Below are positions 21,457 through 31,206 of a DNA stretch of 64,000 bases, piece after piece. Made by a program: the position numbers and the translations under genes. The first letter of the stretch is position 1. Each line of letters opens with the position of its first letter. Below the pieces are notes generated by a model that saw only the letters and a program-made list of their open reading frames with translations, searched no databases and was not told the DNA's origin. Location of the stretch: the NCBI GenBank assembly GCA_902573085.1, contig CACGHY010000002.1:4925-68924 (forward strand). Direction: 5' to 3'. This stretch comes from an uncultured Candidatus Poseidoniales archaeon. GTDB lineage: Archaea > Thermoplasmatota > Poseidoniia > Poseidoniales > Thalassarchaeaceae.

Positions 21457-22470
21457 ATGAGCAAAGCAAAGATAGGACAGCAATTGAAAGAACAATTTGG
21501 TGCGGGCAATATACCCGTTGAGTTAATCGCTCTGGAACCGATAGGTGCAGAGGTGAAGAGACTCATCCACGAACAGATGGAGGACACGGGTGAGCGCGTT
21601 TACTTCTCACAAGAGGAGCGTAAGGGTATGAACCCATTGAGGACTGTCGGGCAGACGGACTTGGAGGTGACTGTGAATGGTGTCACACTCAGGGTTCGCC
21701 AAGCAGAGGACGACAAGCCATCAGTCGTGATACCCGTGGGCAAGAGCGATGTCACGACGACCATGGCTTTGGATCACAAATACAATTACTCCTTCTTGAT
21801 TGCCAGTCTGCGTCACGCATTCGGCGGCAACATGGACAGGGTTCAGGAGGTAGTGAACTTGCTGAACGAGGTTCAGGACGAGGCCATGGTCACTAACGAG
21901 TCCGGTCGCACATCCATAGACAAGGCACAGTTGCCAGACATCCAAGACAAGGAGCGCATAGACGCCATGGTCGAGTCACTCACACGCAGAGTCAAGTCCC
22001 GTTCCAAGGGTACGATTCAGACCAACGTCAGCGTCACTGTCGAGGGACTAGAGACACCCGTCGCTAGTCCAGTCACAAGATCCGACATCATTACTACTCC
22101 AACCCATGAGTCACCCACCTCGGACCCGGTTGTTCACCCGACCGAGGAGATGCCTCCTAGCATAGTAGTCATGGGAGGAGAGGGACAGACTGTTCAGTCC
22201 ATCACATCCGAGGAGGGTGTGGGGGTCGAGGGTGACGCCCCCGCATTCTCCGCCATAGTCAAGCAGAGAGAGCAGATTACGGACGCGCTCAGTAGCGTCC
22301 TGTCTCTAGGCGACCTGACTATCGGTGCAGTACGCAAGGGCATGGCGGAGATGGGCCTCAACGACGACGATTGGAGGCCACGCTTCGACGCACTACTCAA
22401 GGCAGGTTGGATTGTCACCAACGGAGCGAGCGGTCGCTCCTGCCGCTACAATTGGATGGGGGACGAGTGA
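21457..22470 (+). CDS. Hypothetical protein (337 aa)
   Basis: Track ORF with AGGAG upstream of the ATG. The C-terminal GAVRKGMAEMGLNDDDWRPRFDALLKAGWIVTNG is a possible wHTH (weak). Confidence 0.6.
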   Translation: MSKAKIGQQLKEQFGAGNIPVELIALEPIGAEVKRLIHEQMEDTGERVYFSQEERKGMNPLRTVGQTDLEVTVNGVTLRVRQAEDDKPSVVIPVGKSDVTTTMALDHKYNYSFLIASLRHAFGGNMDRVQEVVNLLNEVQDEAMVTNESGRTSIDKAQLPDIQDKERIDAMVESLTRRVKSRSKGTIQTNVSVTVEGLETPVASPVTRSDIITTPTHESPTSDPVVHPTEEMPPSIVVMGGEGQTVQSITSEEGVGVEGDAPAFSAIVKQREQITDALSSVLSLGDLTIGAVRKGMAEMGLNDDDWRPRFDALLKAGWIVTNGASGRSCRYNWMGDE

Positions 22471-22788
22471 ATGTCATACACATACGATCGGTACGGATAC
22501 ATCCAAGCAGAGCAGACCGGGGAGAAATACATCCTGATGGCATCAGGGGAGAAGTACGGCACTCATGAGTTGAAGAAGCCCTTGAAGTGGTCTGACCCCA
22601 TTACTGGTGTGACTGTAATCAAGTCGAAGTCAGGACTGAGATACACGGTCAAGAACGGACTCGGCACGGCGATATACACTCTCAAGGGCGCGAATCGAGC
22701 AGAGAGGAATGCCTTCGTCGATAGGATGTTGGCAGGGGTCAATCAGGTGCTTGATATACCCTCATACGCAGATAGGGAGGAGGAGTGA
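22471..22788 (+). CDS. Hypothetical protein (105 aa), ends REEE
   Basis: Track ORF whose ATG directly abuts the upstream stop. The 3' end is GGGAGGAGGAGTGA. Confidence 0.55.
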   Translation: MSYTYDRYGYIQAEQTGEKYILMASGEKYGTHELKKPLKWSDPITGVTVIKSKSGLRYTVKNGLGTAIYTLKGANRAERNAFVDRMLAGVNQVLDIPSYADREEE

Positions 22789-22790
22789 CC

Positions 22791-22940
22791 ATGCCTAACA
22801 GCAGACAGAGAGCCGCACAGAGATACCGCTACAACATGAAATTCAAGGCACGACGCAAGGCAGACCCGCCTCATATCATGAGTGCCAAGGCACTAGCGAA
22901 GAATCGCGTTGAGGCACTACTAGATCAGGAGGAGGAGTAG
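22791..22940 (+). CDS. 49-aa basic protein, ends QEEE (below the track cut-off)
   Basis: MPNSRQRAAQRYRYNMKFKARRKADPPHIM...LLDQEEE. The ATG lies 2 nt after the upstream stop. The 3' end CAGGAGGAGGAGTAG lies 1 nt before the next ATG. Confidence 0.45.
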   Translation: MPNSRQRAAQRYRYNMKFKARRKADPPHIMSAKALAKNRVEALLDQEEE

Positions 22941-22941
22941 C

Positions 22942-23313
22942 ATGGGTGACTTACCAAAGAAGGCATGGATATTCTATCAGCGAAGCGAGGCCTATCCTTA
23001 TCCCATTGTCGAGGTCGAACCCAAGGATGGGGAGGACTTCACGTTAGAGGAATTGCAGGGATTCGTGGAGGGTCCGATCGAGAAACTACCCATCCCCGGA
23101 CACATCATCTTTGCAAATGAGATGGCCGGACTGAGCGATGAGTTCCAGACCAATGCACGTTTCGTAACATACTTCCAGAAATTGCTTTTCACCAATGTCC
23201 TCATGAGTGAAAAACTCATTGCGGGCAATGTCATTGTGATGGATACCCCTGCCTTGAGAGAGGAAGAGGACATCATGCACTACATTGATGTCGTAGCGGT
23301 GGTGGCGGAATGA
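22942..23313 (+). CDS. Hypothetical protein (123 aa)
   Basis: Track ORF, coupled to neighbours on both sides. Confidence 0.55.
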   Translation: MGDLPKKAWIFYQRSEAYPYPIVEVEPKDGEDFTLEELQGFVEGPIEKLPIPGHIIFANEMAGLSDEFQTNARFVTYFQKLLFTNVLMSEKLIAGNVIVMDTPALREEEDIMHYIDVVAVVAE

Positions 23314-23468
23314 GAGACTCAGACTACCCACAGCACCCAGAGGAGTACCTGCCCGCATGGGTTATCGATCTATGTGACTGCCCAATCTGCGACCACCCAA
23401 TCATCCCCGACTACCGTGAGGAGGAGTGGGGTGGCGAAAGGTGCGCGTGTGAGGAGGCAGAGGCATGA
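23310..23468 (+). CDS. 52-aa Cys-rich protein (below the track cut-off)
   Basis: MRDSDYPQHPEEYLPAWVIDLCDCPICDHPIIPDYREEEWGGERCACEEAEA. ATGA overlaps at both ends. Confidence 0.5.
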   Translation: MRDSDYPQHPEEYLPAWVIDLCDCPICDHPIIPDYREEEWGGERCACEEAEA

Positions 23469-23773
23469 ATCCCATTGATAGTGCCTATGATGCCATGCGA
23501 GGCATGGAACGTGCGGTAGCAGGTCTGATGGCAATCGCATTCACGAGACTAGGACAGGATGAGCATGGAGAGGCCATCCGAGTCATTGATGAAACCATCG
23601 AGCAGATTGGAGATAACCCTGCCTTCAATTCGTTGGTGGAAATCCTCGCTAGAGTCTCAGAGCGAATAGAGGACGGCCAAGTATTAGAGTCTAGGGAGAT
23701 TCTCCGAGATTTAATCTTCAAGATGGGAGACAAGTTTCTCCAAGATGTAATCGTAAGACAGGAGATGGCATGA
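23465..23773 (+). CDS. Hypothetical helical protein (102 aa)
   Basis: Track ORF with ATGA overlaps. Confidence 0.55.
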   Translation: MNPIDSAYDAMRGMERAVAGLMAIAFTRLGQDEHGEAIRVIDETIEQIGDNPAFNSLVEILARVSERIEDGQVLESREILRDLIFKMGDKFLQDVIVRQEMA

Positions 23774-23994
23774 TGGGGGATTGGGTCGGAATCAAAATCA
23801 CTCTGAGGAACGTCGCATCCTTTCGCAGAGAGAGAGTGCCGGATCTCATGGAGGACTTGGCTCAAGTGATGGCTAACTACGGGTTGAGCATGAAACTGAC
23901 TGAGAAGGTCGGCGCGGCTTGTGTGTCAAATCACGTTTACATGGGCAATCACTTCGGCAGGGTGATTAACGCTAAGAAAGAGGAGGAGGAGTGA
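23770..23994 (+). CDS. Hypothetical protein (74 aa), ends KKEEEE
   Basis: Track ORF. The 3' end is GAGGAGGAGGAGTGA. Confidence 0.5.
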   Translation: MMGDWVGIKITLRNVASFRRERVPDLMEDLAQVMANYGLSMKLTEKVGAACVSNHVYMGNHFGRVINAKKEEEE

Positions 23995-24260
23995 GCATGG
24001 CTTTCAACAAAGGGCCAAGGGTAACTGAGTTCACTAGATGCCCCGGCAGGACACGCAAGAAGGCCAAGAACGTCTGGGTGGGCGCACAGTTCCTGTTCGG
24101 ACGCCCACCACACTCCATGACCATGACTCCCGGTAACGGCGTGGACACTACCGAGTGGACGATACACAGGACTGCCGATGATCCTGAGCCAATAGTCATC
24201 AATGCCCCTGCTAAGAAGGCATATGACATACTGATTAAGATGATGAGGGAGAATCAATGA
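23991..24260 (+). CDS. Hypothetical protein (89 aa)
   Basis: Track ORF with a GTG start in a GTGA overlap. An alternative ATG lies at 23997. Confidence 0.5.
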   Translation: MSMAFNKGPRVTEFTRCPGRTRKKAKNVWVGAQFLFGRPPHSMTMTPGNGVDTTEWTIHRTADDPEPIVINAPAKKAYDILIKMMRENQ

Positions 24261-24370
24261 CTAAGTGCAAATATTGTCTTGGTACAGGCACGATGTATTA
24301 TCATAATGTGAACAATCACTACGAAGGCCCATGCCCTAAATGTAAGCCTAACAAGGAGTTAATCGAATGA
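24257..24370 (+). CDS. 37-aa DnaJ-type zinc-finger-like micro-protein
   Basis: MTKCKYCLGTGTMYYHNVNNHYEGPCPKCKPNKELIE, with a CxxCxGxG motif plus CxxC. ATGA overlaps at both ends. Confidence 0.45.
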   Translation: MTKCKYCLGTGTMYYHNVNNHYEGPCPKCKPNKELIE

Positions 24371-24843
24371 GGATTGACAAGGACAAACTCCCTGATGCTC
24401 CTAAACCCGGCTTTGAGTACGCACTCGCCCGTTGGGTCATGCCAAGCCTTACTGTGATTAGTGACGATGGCTATGCGGGTTCCGACCAAGGAGAAACTGC
24501 TGACGGACAACCATGGGACATCAGATCATCAATCATCATAATGCAGAGCGTCAGGCTTGCAGAGAATATGTTCTCCAAAGACATACTTCCTCTCAAATTG
24601 CCAGACAGGCATTTTGGTGTGATTGAGGTCGATACCGGAAGGACTGGTTGGATTTCCCATGATGTGGTTGCAGGAGACACTCTGGAGTTGGTGGAGAAGG
24701 ATTCGACGATTCTGAATTATGTGGACTCTATGCTTGAGAGAAGAGGGTGGTATCCTATTCAATTGGATTTAGACGACTTGTTTGCTGTCCGAATAGTGCC
24801 ACCACTAGATGACTTCGATGATTCGATGCCTGATTGGTTGTGA
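24367..24843 (+). CDS. Hypothetical acidic protein (158 aa)
   Basis: Track ORF. No motif recognised. Confidence 0.55.
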   Translation: MRIDKDKLPDAPKPGFEYALARWVMPSLTVISDDGYAGSDQGETADGQPWDIRSSIIIMQSVRLAENMFSKDILPLKLPDRHFGVIEVDTGRTGWISHDVVAGDTLELVEKDSTILNYVDSMLERRGWYPIQLDLDDLFAVRIVPPLDDFDDSMPDWL

Positions 24844-24871
24844 GAGAGGCGGGGTTATACCGTAAACCGCA

Positions 24872-25192
24872 ATGGATATTGGCATGAACGACCCAAAGGG
24901 AAGGGCATATGCCATAGAGAGGCGATACAGAATGCTGTCCGCACCATGGAATGAATTGATGGCTGAGATTAGAGCAGAGAGGGGGGCTTTGCTCGCCACA
25001 TCTGAGTATCAAGAGTGGTCTGGGATAGAGAAAGCAGAGAAGTTAGACATAATCGACTCGCGTTTGAGGATCGCAGAGGATTGGCTGTCTCGCTATGATA
25101 AGGAAAGAACCGAGGGAGTGGGCTTCCGTGTGAGGAGGTGGTTACAGTCTGCCAAGCACTTGAGTGACTCAGAGTTGGAGGGGATTCTGTGA
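24872..25192 (+). CDS. Hypothetical protein (106 aa)
   Basis: Track ORF. No motif recognised. Confidence 0.5.
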   Translation: MDIGMNDPKGRAYAIERRYRMLSAPWNELMAEIRAERGALLATSEYQEWSGIEKAEKLDIIDSRLRIAEDWLSRYDKERTEGVGFRVRRWLQSAKHLSDSELEGIL

Positions 25193-25353
25193 CCGAGGAC
25201 GAGGATGTATATGCGTATCAGGTGTGGTGTGAAGGATGCGGTGTGAGGATGACAAAGAGCAAGAGGAGAAAGAACATCATGAGGAGCAGAATGCAAGGGA
25301 CTCTGATGTGTCCCATGTGCAAGAAGTGGGAGTGGGATCCGAATGATAACTGA
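25189..25353 (+). CDS. 54-aa zinc-ribbon protein (below the track cut-off)
   Basis: GTG start in a GTGA overlap. VTEDEDVYAYQVWCEGCGVRMTKSKRRK...LMCPMCKKWEWDPNDN. Confidence 0.45.
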   Translation: MTEDEDVYAYQVWCEGCGVRMTKSKRRKNIMRSRMQGTLMCPMCKKWEWDPNDN

Positions 25354-25846
25354 GGAGGATTGCATATGGGCCATCCAATTGTGGGGTGGTCTGGCGGAGG
25401 GGGGACGGTGGATTGTCCCAGACCTCGGTGTCTATGAGAGAACCGGGGAGAACCAGATAGTCCTCGTCGAGTTGTATGCCGCTCTGCCCACTCATAAAGT
25501 GACAAAGGAATCTCGGACCCTGTTCGATGACCATGAGTACCTAGTCGAGTTGGGTAAGCACATTGGTTGGGAAGTGGGACTTGCGATCGAGAAGGCATGG
25601 AACCAAGAGGGAGAGGTGTTGAACATACCAGAGGACAGGTATGGGGAGGCGGCGGTATGCTCAAAGCAATGTGGAACCATAGTCAGGATAGAGCCGCCTG
25701 AACCCGGCAAGATAATGATTCAGATAACAGATAGAAAATGCCCGACCTGTGGCAAACAAGGATTCACAAAGGCTTGGGATAATCTCCATGTGGTAATGGA
25801 TGACAGAGGGGCTAGGATAAAGCAGATACTATCAGAGGAGGAATGA
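25343..25846 (+). CDS. Hypothetical protein (167 aa) with internal zinc ribbon
   Basis: CSKQCGT...CPTCGKQG. Ends SEEE, with GAGGAGGAATGA lying 1 nt before the next ATG. Confidence 0.55.
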   Translation: MITEEDCIWAIQLWGGLAEGGRWIVPDLGVYERTGENQIVLVELYAALPTHKVTKESRTLFDDHEYLVELGKHIGWEVGLAIEKAWNQEGEVLNIPEDRYGEAAVCSKQCGTIVRIEPPEPGKIMIQITDRKCPTCGKQGFTKAWDNLHVVMDDRGARIKQILSEEE

Positions 25847-25847
25847 G

Positions 25848-26141
25848 ATGACCAGAGAGCATGACTATCAGAACGTCATCCATGATGAAATCGAAACGAC
25901 TTGTCATCCCGGTGAGGAGTTGCACGTCATAACATCGAATGCCTTTGATGGACGTATGCTCAACGTCAGAATGCGTCGTATCGTGCCATCGAAAACAGGT
26001 TGGACTGGTTATACCAAGGCCGGTTTCTTTCTGAACAGGACTGAGGCTAGGGCATTGAGAGATGCGCTCTCGGATTTAGTCGAGGATGATGACGTGTGGA
26101 TTGTCGTGGAGAAGGACTCCTTGAGGGATGTTGATGAGTAA
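25848..26141 (+). CDS. Possible PC4/Sub1-like ssDNA-binding protein (97 aa)
   Basis: FDGRMLNVRMRRIVPSKTGWTGYTKAGFFLNRTEARALRDAL resembles the PC4 pattern (f.G...ldIR.......PtkKGisL....w..L). By eye only. Confidence 0.3.
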   Translation: MTREHDYQNVIHDEIETTCHPGEELHVITSNAFDGRMLNVRMRRIVPSKTGWTGYTKAGFFLNRTEARALRDALSDLVEDDDVWIVVEKDSLRDVDE

Positions 26142-26538
26142 ATGGAAAACCATCGACGACTTCCTGTCTGAGCATAAGTCTCTCATTCAGATGATTTGGG
26201 AGATTATCGACGACGAGGATTATGAGTCACTATCGGAGTATTCCTATGAAATCTGGTCGAAGACTAGAAGCAAGGTAAACCGCAGTCCGATTACTCATTG
26301 CTTCGATTGCATATACATCGTAGCGAATTGCACGGGCAAGAAGGTATCAGTCTCCTATCTCAAATACATAGGGCAGATGACATTGGGGAGGGGCGTGAAG
26401 GCCATGGACAGTCTTGGCAGGATCGAGGACAGGTGGTTTGTTCAAGATTGGGCTAGAGACATAATCATAGATGTCATAGGTGATGAGGAGTTGTACCAAG
26501 ACTGCGTTGCATGGTGGATGAGGGACGAGGAGGAGTGA
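26128..26538 (+). CDS. Hypothetical protein (136 aa), ends DEEE
   Basis: Track ORF. The 3' end is GAGGAGGAGTGA. Confidence 0.5.
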   Translation: MLMSKWKTIDDFLSEHKSLIQMIWEIIDDEDYESLSEYSYEIWSKTRSKVNRSPITHCFDCIYIVANCTGKKVSVSYLKYIGQMTLGRGVKAMDSLGRIEDRWFVQDWARDIIIDVIGDEELYQDCVAWWMRDEEE

Positions 26539-26541
26539 CGG

Positions 26542-27969
26542 TTGTTGAAGTACCGATCTCTGGCAGAGACATGGAGAGTCATGACGCTGTACCGGCTGAG
26601 AAACAGAGCGGAGATGGTTGCGAACAATATCCGTGCCGAGACAACAGACCCATGGTCCGTGGTTTCATTCTTCTATCCTAAGAATGGAGTGGGCAATCGC
26701 CTTAGTGATGAGGATTTCAGAGAGATATATTTTCTATTGACTGATGCGTACCCAGAGGAGGTCGAGACTAATCCAGACCCAATCAATCTGCTCACATCGT
26801 TGTCTGAGACTGTCGTCACAGAGGGACACGCCAAAGCGATTGTCGATAGGATGCACAAGATTCTGGAGGCGGACGACAATGAGGTTAGAGCATGGTTGAT
26901 ACGTCCCCTCTTCGATCGCATAAACAAGAGGGACTTGCACCCCTTATTCATGCGTTTGAGCATAAGGGCCGCACCAGTCAGGCGAAGAGATGTGGTTAGA
27001 GCGTTGGGCATGGCATACGACCAACCATTCCATCATGTGAGGACATCTGTGAATCTGTTAGGTTTGAGAAATACCGTGAGAGACTTGAACATGGGGTCTT
27101 TCAATTACAATAAGATACGTCCGATTCCGAATATGCCATTGTTAATCCCATCACCGAATCTGGTTGAAAGCACGGACGCCGTGGCGTTCACTAGATGCTA
27201 TGCCGAGATAGTCGAGGGGGTGTGGGCCACTTTGCATCATTCTCCCTCTGGTACAGTCGGCTTTAGTGCATCAGGGGAGGAGTTGCCAGATGATGATGGA
27301 TGGATGGAGCGGTGGGCTTCATCTTTGAATCTCCCAGAAGGAGTGTATTTGGTGGATTATGCAGAGCATAGAGAGAATCCCATGCTGTTGATTGATTGGC
27401 TGAACCCGGATGACCCCAAGGCAACGTACACAAAGCGCAGACGCAGATTCAATGACATACCCGCGTGGGGCATGAAATCAATGACGATGTTGGAAGCACC
27501 TTACCATGCGAGGACTCACATTGAGTCTGGCCTTCCCTTCATACTTCGCAATGCGAGGGGGATGCTAACTTATGAGAATACCATTGAGGAAATCGCATTG
27601 TTGAATCCAGTATCTAAGGATCGTATTCTCCGTGTGCTATCTGGTCGAGTCATTGATTCGACGACAGGAGGTGCGCCGAGGAAGTTATGGAAACTTGGAG
27701 TGAGAGATGGTTTCGACTACTATCCTGTTTGTGAGATGGAGAGTGACTTTGACTTCAACAATTACTGTGCGTCATACAAGATGATTGATGGCGAGGCAAT
27801 CAAGATCGACACTCCCTTGTTCGTCACGGTGGACATATTGTCATCGGGATGGGGGGACATAGGCGCGTATGTCATGGGTACGATAACGGGCATCAAAACC
27901 GATGCAGGGATTTCAGAATGCATGGGTGTGGAGGAGATTGGATATGTCGAAGATACTGAATCAGAATGA
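26542..27969 (+). CDS. Hypothetical protein (475 aa)
   Basis: Track ORF with a TTG start. Function unknown; see the rejected ligase-like idea. Confidence 0.6.
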   Translation: MLKYRSLAETWRVMTLYRLRNRAEMVANNIRAETTDPWSVVSFFYPKNGVGNRLSDEDFREIYFLLTDAYPEEVETNPDPINLLTSLSETVVTEGHAKAIVDRMHKILEADDNEVRAWLIRPLFDRINKRDLHPLFMRLSIRAAPVRRRDVVRALGMAYDQPFHHVRTSVNLLGLRNTVRDLNMGSFNYNKIRPIPNMPLLIPSPNLVESTDAVAFTRCYAEIVEGVWATLHHSPSGTVGFSASGEELPDDDGWMERWASSLNLPEGVYLVDYAEHRENPMLLIDWLNPDDPKATYTKRRRRFNDIPAWGMKSMTMLEAPYHARTHIESGLPFILRNARGMLTYENTIEEIALLNPVSKDRILRVLSGRVIDSTTGGAPRKLWKLGVRDGFDYYPVCEMESDFDFNNYCASYKMIDGEAIKIDTPLFVTVDILSSGWGDIGAYVMGTITGIKTDAGISECMGVEEIGYVEDTESE

Positions 27970-28321
27970 TCGTGATGTAATCATTCTCGCATCGTCGATA
28001 AGAGGGAGTATCAAGTGCGTTCAGACCACAGAGCGCAAATGTGGTTACATTATCAGACCAGAATTGAGGATACCCGTAATCAAAGCAGGAGTGTCACGAG
28101 CCTTGAACGACAAAGGCATAGAGGTCAAGAACGTGTATTCGGACACTGAGGAGATTACCAAGATACTGAACATCATCAACGGCCTAGAGGACTTGTCGAA
28201 CACGACAGAAGGTCTGGAGATGGTCAGAAGGTACAATGGTGTCCTGTCTCAACCAGAAACTCATGCAGACGTTGAGAACGCATTGGAATTGCTTGAAAGC
28301 GTCGGCGGGATTATAGGGTAG
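27944..28321 (+). CDS. Hypothetical protein (125 aa)
   Basis: Track ORF 27902..28321. The in-frame ATG at 27944 (MSKILNQ...) is preceded by GGAGGAG. Confidence 0.5.
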   Translation: MSKILNQNDRDVIILASSIRGSIKCVQTTERKCGYIIRPELRIPVIKAGVSRALNDKGIEVKNVYSDTEEITKILNIINGLEDLSNTTEGLEMVRRYNGVLSQPETHADVENALELLESVGGIIG

Positions 28322-28356
28322 TCCTCACACGTCGGACTCCCATTGAGGGATTAGTT

Positions 28357-29661
28357 ATGTCAGATATATTTAGTGAAATAGCACAGCGAACAGGAAAGAC
28401 GGAAGCAGAAGTCGAAAAGGACTTCACGGGCTTTGTGGAAGGCCACTACCCAGATGCGTGGAAAGACGCTAAGGGCAAGTTAGCCAACCTTGACGATGAA
28501 GATCTTGAGTTCTTCTTAGAGTCATACAGGGTGAATAAGATTAGGGCCAGAGGGGCCTCGTCCGGCAAGGGTGAAGATTGGGTTGGCATGATTGTCGGCC
28601 ATGTTTCCCTCCGAGACTTGATGTCCAAGCAGAGAGACTTAGCCACAGAGCAAGCGGAGATTGACTTGAACAACGTACTCAGTCATGGCATCAGACCATA
28701 CAACAACGACAACTCGGTTGGCGTTGGCAGGGTTCACTACACCGATGGGTCATGGAAGGTGTCCAATGCGGCAGATCAAGTGATACACACCGAACAGGGC
28801 GATGAGGGTAGCCTTCCTCCTTGGGCGATAGCAGTACCGAACAAGTCATACTACGTCGCACTACTAGGGCCAAAGGGACCAAAGAGAGCATCTTCCCTCA
28901 AGCGCGAGTGGCTGTTCGTCGGTAACACAGCAGACAAATTCCTAGTTGAGGGGCCGTTGCCCCCCATGAGATTGGAATGCTCCTTCGATGCGGCTGACGT
29001 GCATTTGCAGATGAACAAGCCAATCAGTTTCAAGGCAGAGGTGGGAGAGTCATACTTCAACCCAGAGGAGTCCATACTCAAGGCAAACAACATCGACCCC
29101 TCTTACAGCCTAGATTGGGTTCCCGATACACAGAGAGCGACTGCGGAGGCTATGTTCTCTCCCGATCAATACCTGTCCCAATTCATGGGATACGTCACCG
29201 ACCTCTCAAGCGTCATGGATTACTACGAGGCCAACACCACCTATTCAGAGAAGACTGGCCGATCATACGGTCCTCTCTTTTGCATGAGGGGCGTGGTGGA
29301 CTACATAGACCACGATGGAGAGCCTAACAGGTACACAGACGGAGGACACAGACACTCGATGACTCTGAGTAGCGCGGCTCTCAGAAGGGACGGCGGGGGC
29401 AACCTATGGCTCAACGTCAGCAGATACCTAGTCAATGACCATCATGCGTTCCAAGGTTTGGATGACGACACATGGAGAGACTTCACAGCAGGGACACAGG
29501 TGTTCGTCACCGTGCGCTCAAGCACATGGGAGTCGGACATGGGTGAGACACGCCTCAACCTAGACGCTCTCAATGTATGGCCTGTCCCAAGGAGAATACT
29601 ATGGGGTCAGGATGCAGACGACGACGATCTTAGCGGCCTAGATGGATTCAGGAGTGACTGA
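28357..29661 (+). CDS. Hypothetical protein (434 aa), first gene of the replication/recombination cassette
   Basis: Track ORF with GAGGGA upstream. No motif recognised. Confidence 0.6.
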   Translation: MSDIFSEIAQRTGKTEAEVEKDFTGFVEGHYPDAWKDAKGKLANLDDEDLEFFLESYRVNKIRARGASSGKGEDWVGMIVGHVSLRDLMSKQRDLATEQAEIDLNNVLSHGIRPYNNDNSVGVGRVHYTDGSWKVSNAADQVIHTEQGDEGSLPPWAIAVPNKSYYVALLGPKGPKRASSLKREWLFVGNTADKFLVEGPLPPMRLECSFDAADVHLQMNKPISFKAEVGESYFNPEESILKANNIDPSYSLDWVPDTQRATAEAMFSPDQYLSQFMGYVTDLSSVMDYYEANTTYSEKTGRSYGPLFCMRGVVDYIDHDGEPNRYTDGGHRHSMTLSSAALRRDGGGNLWLNVSRYLVNDHHAFQGLDDDTWRDFTAGTQVFVTVRSSTWESDMGETRLNLDALNVWPVPRRILWGQDADDDDLSGLDGFRSD

Positions 29662-29662
29662 A

Positions 29663-29947
29663 ATGAGTAAGAAGGGTTGGGGAGAGTTGAGAAACTGGAC
29701 TACCAAAGACTCACAGAGACTTGTCAGGGGTACATTCCTTGACTTCGTTAAGTGGCTCAGAGAAGGTGGCGATGAGTACCAAGTCGCTGATGACAATGGA
29801 TCAGGAGGTTCCTCTAGGATAGGACACCTAGATGTGGATTACAGCAATCTTCATGTCGTGGCCGCTATACTGACTCAGGCTACGCTTGACAATTACGACA
29901 ACAACAGCGATGTCATGACCAGATTTCCATTGGAGGACTTAGAATGA
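29663..29947 (+). CDS. Hypothetical protein (94 aa)
   Basis: Track ORF 29642..29947. The ATG at 29663 (MSKKGWGEL) lies 1 nt after the upstream stop. Confidence 0.5.
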   Translation: MSKKGWGELRNWTTKDSQRLVRGTFLDFVKWLREGGDEYQVADDNGSGGSSRIGHLDVDYSNLHVVAAILTQATLDNYDNNSDVMTRFPLEDLE

Positions 29948-31179
29948 CCGGATTCATGGACAATTGGGAGAAGAAGGACACTACTGAGGCCAAGGTGGTT
30001 AATCCTCCGGCAGAAGGTGGCAAGCCTGAGCCTCTAGCAAAGCAGATATTCGTTCAAGAGGGAGAGTACGATCCTAACCTATCAATCGAGGAGCAGGAAT
30101 TGAGGGACATCGAAGCCGCAGGTGGAGATGGGTATAGTGGAGAAGGTAGTTCTCCGGCAGAGTTTCCAGTAAAGGAGGAGAAGAAAGTGACGAAGAAGAC
30201 ATCCAAGAAGAAAGCACCATCAGCACAATGGCTGACCAAATCAGCGAACCCCGCATGGGAGCAGATAGAGGCGGCTAGGGCCAAGAATCTCATCAGCGAG
30301 AAGACGTACTACGTCTTGATGGGAATCTGGGGGCCACCGAAGTCCGGTAAGACGGGCGCGGTTCTGGATAGCCTCACAGAGGAGCAGAAGAAGAACGGTG
30401 CAGAGATACACCACTACGATTTCGATCTGGGTGGAGAGACTACCAAGTCTGCTCACCACGAGGGCGACACAAACATCCTCGTCCTCAATCCATGGGTCAT
30501 GTCATCGACTGCGGCCAGTCGAGTCCCATACGATTACCCCGCTACGTTCCAGAATACCATGGACTATCTCAGAGCGGCTGTCGAGATGGCTAAGGGTCAA
30601 TTGGCATACTACAACGAGCATGGGGAGATGCCGAAGCCATATCTCAAGACCGTGGTGTTCGATGGTGCAGATCATTGGCTACACATCTGTGAGACTATCA
30701 TGAAGGTGGATGACCTCAAGTTAGGGCCAGACGGCATAGCCGTAGCAGGAAAGGACGCTACCACCAAGATAGGTCGATTCAATTGGAACATCAGAAAGAG
30801 CCGATACAATTCTGCTCTGACTGCGTTGCAGGAATTGTGCAGACTAGGTGTGCATTGCTACATCATCACGCACGGAAAGACCGCATACGATAGCGGTGGC
30901 AACGAAATCATAGGTGCTGAGACAGCGCATTGGCTCAAGGACACAGAAGGTTGGCTACAACAGGTCGCCAAGTTTGAGGTGACTGAGGAGAGGGACGAGA
31001 AGGGCGAATTAACCGGAGTGTCAGAGTCCCATGCCATCATCACGCATAACCGAACGAGCCTAAAGTCCTCTGGGAGGGTCAAGGTCTTCCGACGTGACCC
31101 CGAAGGAGGAGAGTGGTACGGTTGGAAGGGACTCAGAGATGGGTCGCTAGATCATGCTGATGATGTAATTGACGAGTAG
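29944..31179 (+). CDS. P-loop ATPase, phage AAA_24/RecA-like (Sak4-type) family candidate (411 aa)
   Basis: Walker A GIWGPPKSGKTGAVL. Walker B-like TVVFDGADHW. Acidic/Lys-rich low-complexity N-terminal 100 aa. Confidence 0.55.
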   Translation: MTGFMDNWEKKDTTEAKVVNPPAEGGKPEPLAKQIFVQEGEYDPNLSIEEQELRDIEAAGGDGYSGEGSSPAEFPVKEEKKVTKKTSKKKAPSAQWLTKSANPAWEQIEAARAKNLISEKTYYVLMGIWGPPKSGKTGAVLDSLTEEQKKNGAEIHHYDFDLGGETTKSAHHEGDTNILVLNPWVMSSTAASRVPYDYPATFQNTMDYLRAAVEMAKGQLAYYNEHGEMPKPYLKTVVFDGADHWLHICETIMKVDDLKLGPDGIAVAGKDATTKIGRFNWNIRKSRYNSALTALQELCRLGVHCYIITHGKTAYDSGGNEIIGAETAHWLKDTEGWLQQVAKFEVTEERDEKGELTGVSESHAIITHNRTSLKSSGRVKVFRRDPEGGEWYGWKGLRDGSLDHADDVIDE

Positions 31180-31206
31180 GGGGATTATCCATAGGGGGAA
31201 TGGATA

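Noticed and set aside
26542-27969. The 475-aa protein shows a motif order vaguely like ATP-dependent DNA ligase (YAEIVEGVWATLHH.. / YLVDYAE.. / ARGMLTYE / RKLWKLGVR)
   Set aside because: The catalytic Lys of motif I (KxDG) and the DGE of motif III are absent, and the resemblance rests on a few spaced residues. It cannot be supported without profile or structure comparison and is left as hypothetical.
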